A DNA stretch of 64,000 bases from an uncultured Planctomycetia bacterium (lineage in GTDB: Bacteria; Omnitrophota; Gorgyraeia; 2-02-FULL-51-18). The stretch covers positions 116,846 to 180,845 of the forward strand of contig CAZXLF010000001.1 in assembly GCA_964642015.1 (NCBI GenBank). Direction: 5' to 3'. A program made the position numbers and the translations under genes. Positions 59,223 through 64,000 of this stretch are shown in pieces; positions within the stretch are counted from its first letter, which is position 1; each line of letters opens with the position of its first letter. The notes under the pieces are model-generated. The model did not search any database. It was given only the letters and a program-made list of their open reading frames with translations, and was not told the origin of the DNA.

Positions 59223-59255
59223 AGGCGCGCTTGAAAAAGCGCGCCTTTCTTTTTT
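59223..59255 (+). terminator. Rho-independent terminator
   Basis: AGGCGCGCTT-GAAA-AAGCGCGCCT plus T run. Confidence 0.8.
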
Positions 59256-59313
59256 CTATCTTGCTCAGTTCGGGAAAATATGGCCTAATAATTAAAACGT
59301 TTAAGGGAGCCCT

Positions 59314-59766
59314 ATGAAAAAAAAATCAAAGTCCAAGACGTCCGTGGATCCATATCTTGAAGGATTGATGTCCAAATTGCTGGATCGTTTGGTGAGTCTG
59401 GAAAAGAAAATGGATGTTGTTGTTTCTCGAACGGCAGGAAAGTCCAATGGTGACGCAAATGTTCCCGCAAAACCGCGTCATGATAGGACGTTGTATGAGG
59501 CGATCTGCGCCGATTGCCATAAAATATGCGAAGTGCCTTTCAAACCTTCGGAAACCCGGCCGGTGTACTGCAAGGAATGTTTTGCCAGGAGGAAAGCCGG
59601 CGGTAAAAACAATTTAGGCGGCCACGGGATGCCGATCCTGACCCCGGTTTCTCTGCCTCCGAAGCCGGTGAGCAAGCTGGGCATGGCTAGGCCCGCGATC
59701 CCGTCTGCGCCCGAGCCAAAAAAACAAAAGAAGAAAACTTTGAAAAAAGCCAAGAAGAAAAAATAA
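59314..59766 (+). CDS. CxxC-x17-CxxC domain protein with Lys-rich tail
   Basis: LYEAICADCHKICEVPFKPSETRPVYCKECF. Confidence 0.88.
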   Translation: MKKKSKSKTSVDPYLEGLMSKLLDRLVSLEKKMDVVVSRTAGKSNGDANVPAKPRHDRTLYEAICADCHKICEVPFKPSETRPVYCKECFARRKAGGKNNLGGHGMPILTPVSLPPKPVSKLGMARPAIPSAPEPKKQKKKTLKKAKKKK

Positions 59767-59901
59767 TTGAGGCAAAACAACAACCGTCAAAAAGATATTT
59801 CGCGTCTTGTCCGCGACCGGCAAAGACAAAGTCAGGATAAACTCAGGACTTCGAAGCACTTCGAATTAAAAAAAAGCGTGAACAACAAACCCAAGCAGTG
59901 A
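59767..59901 (+). CDS. Possible 44-aa basic peptide
   Basis: TTG immediately after the upstream stop; MRQNNNRQKDISRLVRDRQRQSQDKLRTSKHFELKKSVNNKPKQ* ends 3 nt before the next ATG. Confidence 0.35.
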   Translation: MRQNNNRQKDISRLVRDRQRQSQDKLRTSKHFELKKSVNNKPKQ

Positions 59902-59904
59902 TTT

Positions 59905-60825
59905 ATGCCCTTACCTATTATTTATTCCAAGAAGTACGACATCGATATTTCCGAGCATCCCTGGCAGGTCAATAAGTACAAGGAGACGCTTAAAGTTCTT
60001 CTTGAAAAAGGCATCACCGTGCGGGAAAGAATATTATATGCCGACGAAGCCGAAGATGAGGACCTTTTGCTGGCGCATGATGAAGATTATATCACGCGTT
60101 TAAAAGAGGGAAATCTGACGCGCGAAGAGATCATGCGCTCGGAACTTCCGGTGTCACCGTCGCTCGTGCGTTTTTTCTGGGCTTCGGTGCAAGGCACGAT
60201 CATTGCTTGCCGCGAAGCGCTCGAAAAAGGAGCCGCATGTCATGTGGGCGGAGGATTTCATCACGCGTTTCCAGACTATGGCTCAGGTTTTTGCCTGATC
60301 AATGATATCGCGGTCGGAATGCGGAAAATGAAACAAGAGGATAGGATTAACAAAGCGATGGTTGTCGACCTTGACGTGCATCAGGGTGATGGCACTGCGT
60401 ATATTTTTCAAGATGATGATTCCGTTTTTACTTTTTCAATGCATCAGGAAAATAATTTCCCGTATCCCAAACAGAAAAGTGATCTCGACATTGGTCTTGA
60501 TGACGACACTGCCGACAAGGAATATCTGACACATCTGGAAACGGTATTGCCGAAGATCGTGAAATTGCACAAACCCGAACTCATTGTTTATGTTGCCGGT
60601 GCGGATCCTTATGAAGGAGACGCCTTGGGCGGTCTCGCGCTAACACTCGGAGGACTTAAGCGGCGCGATGAAATAGTTTTTGAAGAAGCCGTAAAAAATC
60701 ACATTCCATTCGTTACGGTTTTTGCAGGAGGCTATGCCAGAGATCCGCATGATACGGTAAAAATCCATTCAAATACGATCATCGCAGCAAATGAAATCCA
60801 TAAGAACATACGCGTAACTAAATAA
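59905..60825 (+). CDS. Histone deacetylase family protein
   Basis: GGGFHHA, GFCLIND, VDLDVHQGDGT, AGADP and GGY. Confidence 0.93.
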   Translation: MPLPIIYSKKYDIDISEHPWQVNKYKETLKVLLEKGITVRERILYADEAEDEDLLLAHDEDYITRLKEGNLTREEIMRSELPVSPSLVRFFWASVQGTIIACREALEKGAACHVGGGFHHAFPDYGSGFCLINDIAVGMRKMKQEDRINKAMVVDLDVHQGDGTAYIFQDDDSVFTFSMHQENNFPYPKQKSDLDIGLDDDTADKEYLTHLETVLPKIVKLHKPELIVYVAGADPYEGDALGGLALTLGGLKRRDEIVFEEAVKNHIPFVTVFAGGYARDPHDTVKIHSNTIIAANEIHKNIRVTK

Positions 60826-60836
60826 TCGGAGTAGCC

Positions 60837-61124
60837 ATGAGCATTAAAACACTTTCCAATATTACGGTTGAAATCCCTGATGAGAAAAAAATAAAAGAAC
60901 TCGGCGCGAGAAACTGGCCGATCTGGACGAAGGAGCCGTCAACGTTTGATTGGCATTATGATGATAAAGAGACATGCCTGATCCTTGAAGGAGAGGTAAC
61001 GGTCAAGACCAAAGAGGGGACGATCGGTTTTGGAAAAGGGGACTTGGTAACGTTTCCGAAAGGATTAGATTGTACTTGGCAGGTCAAAAAAGCGGTCAGA
61101 AAGCACTACAGCTTTGGAGATTGA
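60837..61124 (+). CDS. Cupin (DUF861/Cupin_3) protein
   Basis: WPIWTKEPSTFDWHYDDKETCLILEGEV...GDLVTFPKGLDCTW. Confidence 0.88.
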   Translation: MSIKTLSNITVEIPDEKKIKELGARNWPIWTKEPSTFDWHYDDKETCLILEGEVTVKTKEGTIGFGKGDLVTFPKGLDCTWQVKKAVRKHYSFGD

Positions 61125-61129
61125 TCTCT

Positions 61130-61309
61130 TTACGCGGGCAGCACGCTTTGAAAAGCGCCCGCAGGGACATCCATTCTTACGGTCATTTCCCTATAAGCCG
61201 GCTGGCTGACACTGCGCTTTACTGCGTTGAACCACCGATGCAAAGAACTGACCCTTCTTTTTCTGGCCAGTATTTCCATATCTAATGGAGTGATCCTTCC
61301 GTTGGTCAT
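61130..61309 (-). CDS. Possible 59-aa hypothetical protein
   Basis: MTNGRITPLDMEILARKRRVSSLHRWFNAVKRSVSQPAYREMTVRMDVPAGAFQSVLPA*; ends just past the cupin stop and has an AT-rich upstream region. Confidence 0.35.
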   Translation of the reverse strand: MTNGRITPLDMEILARKRRVSSLHRWFNAVKRSVSQPAYREMTVRMDVPAGAFQSVLPA

Positions 61310-61445
61310 TTTTTGGCCCTTTAATATTAATAAGTTTTAGTAAGAACTGATAATAATTAAATTATACATTATAATGTTCAAAATATCCACTATTGACGCT
61401 TATTCTAAGTAACGGACATAGCTTAACTTCTGTTACAATACCTTC

Positions 61446-62252
61446 ATGCGATTACCCGTCAAAGATTTTAACCTCGAAGCAACGCTTGAATCCGGTCAAG
61501 TCTTCGGATTTCAGAAAACCGGCTCTACCTATAAAGGTGTGATAGCCGGGAATCCGGTCGCGCTCAGTCAGACCAACGGTAAGCTAGATGTAAGAGGCAA
61601 GATCTCGGAAAAAAACATTCGTTATTATTTCGATCTGGATAATGACCTTTCTCCGGTCTATAAGATCCTCGACGAAGAAAATTTATCAGCTGTTTATTCA
61701 AAGTTAAAAGGTCTACGGTTGATCCGGCAGGATTCATGGGAAGCGCTGGCGTGTTTTATTCTTTCCTCGAACAATAATGTGAAGCGCATTCAAGGCATTT
61801 GGAAGAATCTGTCGGAACATTTTAATTTAAAAAAAGAAACGCCTTTGTTCCCATCCGCGCCTCAGATCGCCTCAAGCCATGAAAGAATATTGCGTCATCT
61901 GGGACTAGGTTATCGCGCGCCGTTTCTACTTCATACGGCGCAGTTCGTTTCCAAAAGTCCCAGATGCCTGCAGTGGATACAAGAGGCTAATTACGAAGAA
62001 GCGGTGGAGCGTGTCATTGCGTTTCCGGGCATCGGCGAAAAAGTCGCGGACTGCGTGCTTTTGTACGGTTTCCAAAAATATGAAGCGTTTCCGGTGGATG
62101 TATGGATCCTTCGCGTGATGAGGAAATTGTATTTCAAGAACCGGAAAGTTTCGGAACAAAAAGTGCACGACTTCGCGCAAAAACGCTGGGGAGTAAAAGC
62201 CGGCTACGTACAACAGTATCTTTTTCACGGTGCCAGAACCGGTATTTTGTAA
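61446..62252 (+). CDS. 8-oxoguanine DNA glycosylase (OGG1-like, HhH-GPD)
   Basis: TLESGQVF, GLRLIRQD.WEAL..FILSSNNN, GLGYRA, PGIGEKVADC and FPVDVW. Confidence 0.92.
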   Translation: MRLPVKDFNLEATLESGQVFGFQKTGSTYKGVIAGNPVALSQTNGKLDVRGKISEKNIRYYFDLDNDLSPVYKILDEENLSAVYSKLKGLRLIRQDSWEALACFILSSNNNVKRIQGIWKNLSEHFNLKKETPLFPSAPQIASSHERILRHLGLGYRAPFLLHTAQFVSKSPRCLQWIQEANYEEAVERVIAFPGIGEKVADCVLLYGFQKYEAFPVDVWILRVMRKLYFKNRKVSEQKVHDFAQKRWGVKAGYVQQYLFHGARTGIL

Positions 62253-62297
62253 GATCATTCATTTTGAGTTATAATGAATCCAACGAAAGGCAAATCC

Positions 62298-64000
62298 ATG
62301 AGCGACGCTTTGACTTCTATCGAAAAACTTTATTCAAGTCTTAACGACAAAATTTCTTTTGCGAGGAAAAAATTCGGCCGCTCACTGACGCTCGCCGAAA
62401 AAATTTTAGCCACGCATGTATCCGATTTAAAAAACCAGGAATTTAAGCGCGGCGAAAGCTATCTTTCGCTTCATCCGGACCGCGTAGCGATGCAGGACGC
62501 GACCGCGCAGATGGCGATGCTTCAGTTCATGATGGCCGGACGCGATTCCGTCGCGGTGCCGTCGACGATCCACTGTGATCATCTGATCCAGGCTCGTGTC
62601 GGCGCAGCCGATGACATGAAGAACGCTTTGCAGACCAATAAAGAAGTCTATGATTTTTTAAGAACCGCCGCTGAAAAATACGGCATTGGATTCTGGCAGC
62701 CCGGCGCGGGGATCATTCATCAGGTTGTGTTGGAAAATTATGCTTTTCCTGGCGGGCTTATGATCGGGACGGATTCTCACACACCGAACGCCGGCGGACT
62801 CGGGATGCTTGCGATAGGTGTCGGCGGTGCTGACGCAGCGGATGTAATGGCAGGTCTGGCGTGGGAAGTGAAATGTCCCAAGCTTATCGGTGTCCATCTT
62901 AAAGGGGCGCTGAACGGCTGGACTTCCGCGAAAGATGTGATCTTGAAAGTCTGCGGAATACTGACCGTGAAGGGCGGCACGGACAAGATCGTGGAATATT
63001 TCGGTCCGGGCGTGCGTTCGATCAGCTGTACCGGCAAAGGGACGATCACGAACATGGGAGCGGAACTTGGTGCGACGACTTCCGTTTTTCCTTATGATGA
63101 AAAAATGTCCGCTTATTTGAAAGTCACAAAAAGGGAAGACGTCGCAAAACTCGCTGAAAAACATAAAGAATTTTTGACGGCTGATCCCGACGTCGAAAAA
63201 GATCCCAAGAAATTTTACGATGAAGTCATCGAGATCGATCTTTCAACACTAGAGCCTTATGTGGTCGGTCCGCACACGCCGGATTTGGCGCGGCCGATAT
63301 CTCAATTAGCCAAAGATGTGAAGGAAAAAGGTTATCCGGCTGAGCTTAAAGCGGCGCTGATCGGCAGCTGCACGAATTCTTCATATGAGGATATCGGCCG
63401 CGCCGCCAACGTCGCAGCTCAGGCAAAAAAAGCGGGCGTTAAAGCCAAATGTTATTTTTTGATCACACCCGGTTCTGACCAGATACAAAATACGATTAAG
63501 CGAGACGGGCAATTAAAAGTGCTTGAGGAGATCGGTGGCACGGTGCTTGCAAACGCTTGCGGTCCCTGCATCGGCCAATGGAAGCGTGACGACATCAAAA
63601 AAGGTGAACAGAACTCGATCATCAATTCTTTCAACCGCAATTTTCCGGCTCGCAACGACGGCAACGCCGAGACACTTTCCTTCATCGCCTCGCCGGAGAT
63701 CGTGACAGCGTTCGCATTGGCGGGACGCCTTGATTTTAATCCGTTGAGCGACAAGATCGTTTCTAACGGAAAAGAATTAAAGTTGGTTCCGCCGTCAGGT
63801 GAGGAGCTGCCGAAAAATGGTTACGCAACCGGCGAAGCCGGTTTTATCGCGCCGCTTCCCGATGCGAAACGTAAAAATGTTTCGGTGGCAGTCGATCCGA
63901 ACAGCGATCGACTCCAGACCTTAAAACCGTTTCCGGCATGGGACGGAAAAGATTTTGAAAACCTTATCGTCTTGATCAAAGCCAAAGGCAAATGCACGAC
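62298..64000 (+). CDS. Aconitate hydratase (mitochondrial-type), 3' partial, absent from ORF track
   Basis: [66 protein letters not shown] and SFNRNF. Confidence 0.95.
   Translation, partial: MSDALTSIEKLYSSLNDKISFARKKFGRSLTLAEKILATHVSDLKNQEFKRGESYLSLHPDRVAMQDATAQMAMLQFMMAGRDSVAVPSTIHCDHLIQARVGAADDMKNALQTNKEVYDFLRTAAEKYGIGFWQPGAGIIHQVVLENYAFPGGLMIGTDSHTPNAGGLGMLAIGVGGADAADVMAGLAWEVKCPKLIGVHLKGALNGWTSAKDVILKVCGILTVKGGTDKIVEYFGPGVRSISCTGKGTITNMGAELGATTSVFPYDEKMSAYLKVTKREDVAKLAEKHKEFLTADPDVEKDPKKFYDEVIEIDLSTLEPYVVGPHTPDLARPISQLAKDVKEKGYPAELKAALIGSCTNSSYEDIGRAANVAAQAKKAGVKAKCYFLITPGSDQIQNTIKRDGQLKVLEEIGGTVLANACGPCIGQWKRDDIKKGEQNSIINSFNRNFPARNDGNAETLSFIASPEIVTAFALAGRLDFNPLSDKIVSNGKELKLVPPSGEELPKNGYATGEAGFIAPLPDAKRKNVSVAVDPNSDRLQTLKPFPAWDGKDFENLIVLIKAKGKCT

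Overview
This is a 64 kb bacterial chromosomal segment, gene-dense and mostly housekeeping. The gene style (TMTC-like TPR membrane protein, CxxC-x17-CxxC protein, MoeZ, mitochondrial-type aconitase, PilZ/HD-GYP) suggests a PVC-superphylum organism such as Ca. Omnitrophota; that assignment is inference only. Recognisable genes include metH, tpx, a ferredoxin-type sulfite/nitrite reductase, thyA-folA, queG, moeB/moeZ, pepA, gltB-gltD, trxB, ychF, lacD, class II nrdJ (with an NrdR box), glutathione peroxidase, an HDAC-family deacetylase, ogg and a partial aconitase. I found no rRNA, tRNA, CRISPR array, integrase or transposase. The best candidate for an undescribed system is a luciferase-less lux-like cluster at 35759-40432 (class III aminotransferase, alpha/beta hydrolase, LuxE, LuxC), which could make fatty aldehydes or amines. 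Other highlights: (1) an ECF-sigma-type promoter motif that occurs twice and points at an unannotated 20-aa hydrophobic peptide; (2) repeated leaderless-gene architecture; (3) two small AT-rich islets, one with an attC-like spacer and one with an hsdS-like remnant plus an FRG gene; (4) a two-hairpin leader before a BON-domain gene; (5) several small ORFs missed by the 60-aa cutoff.
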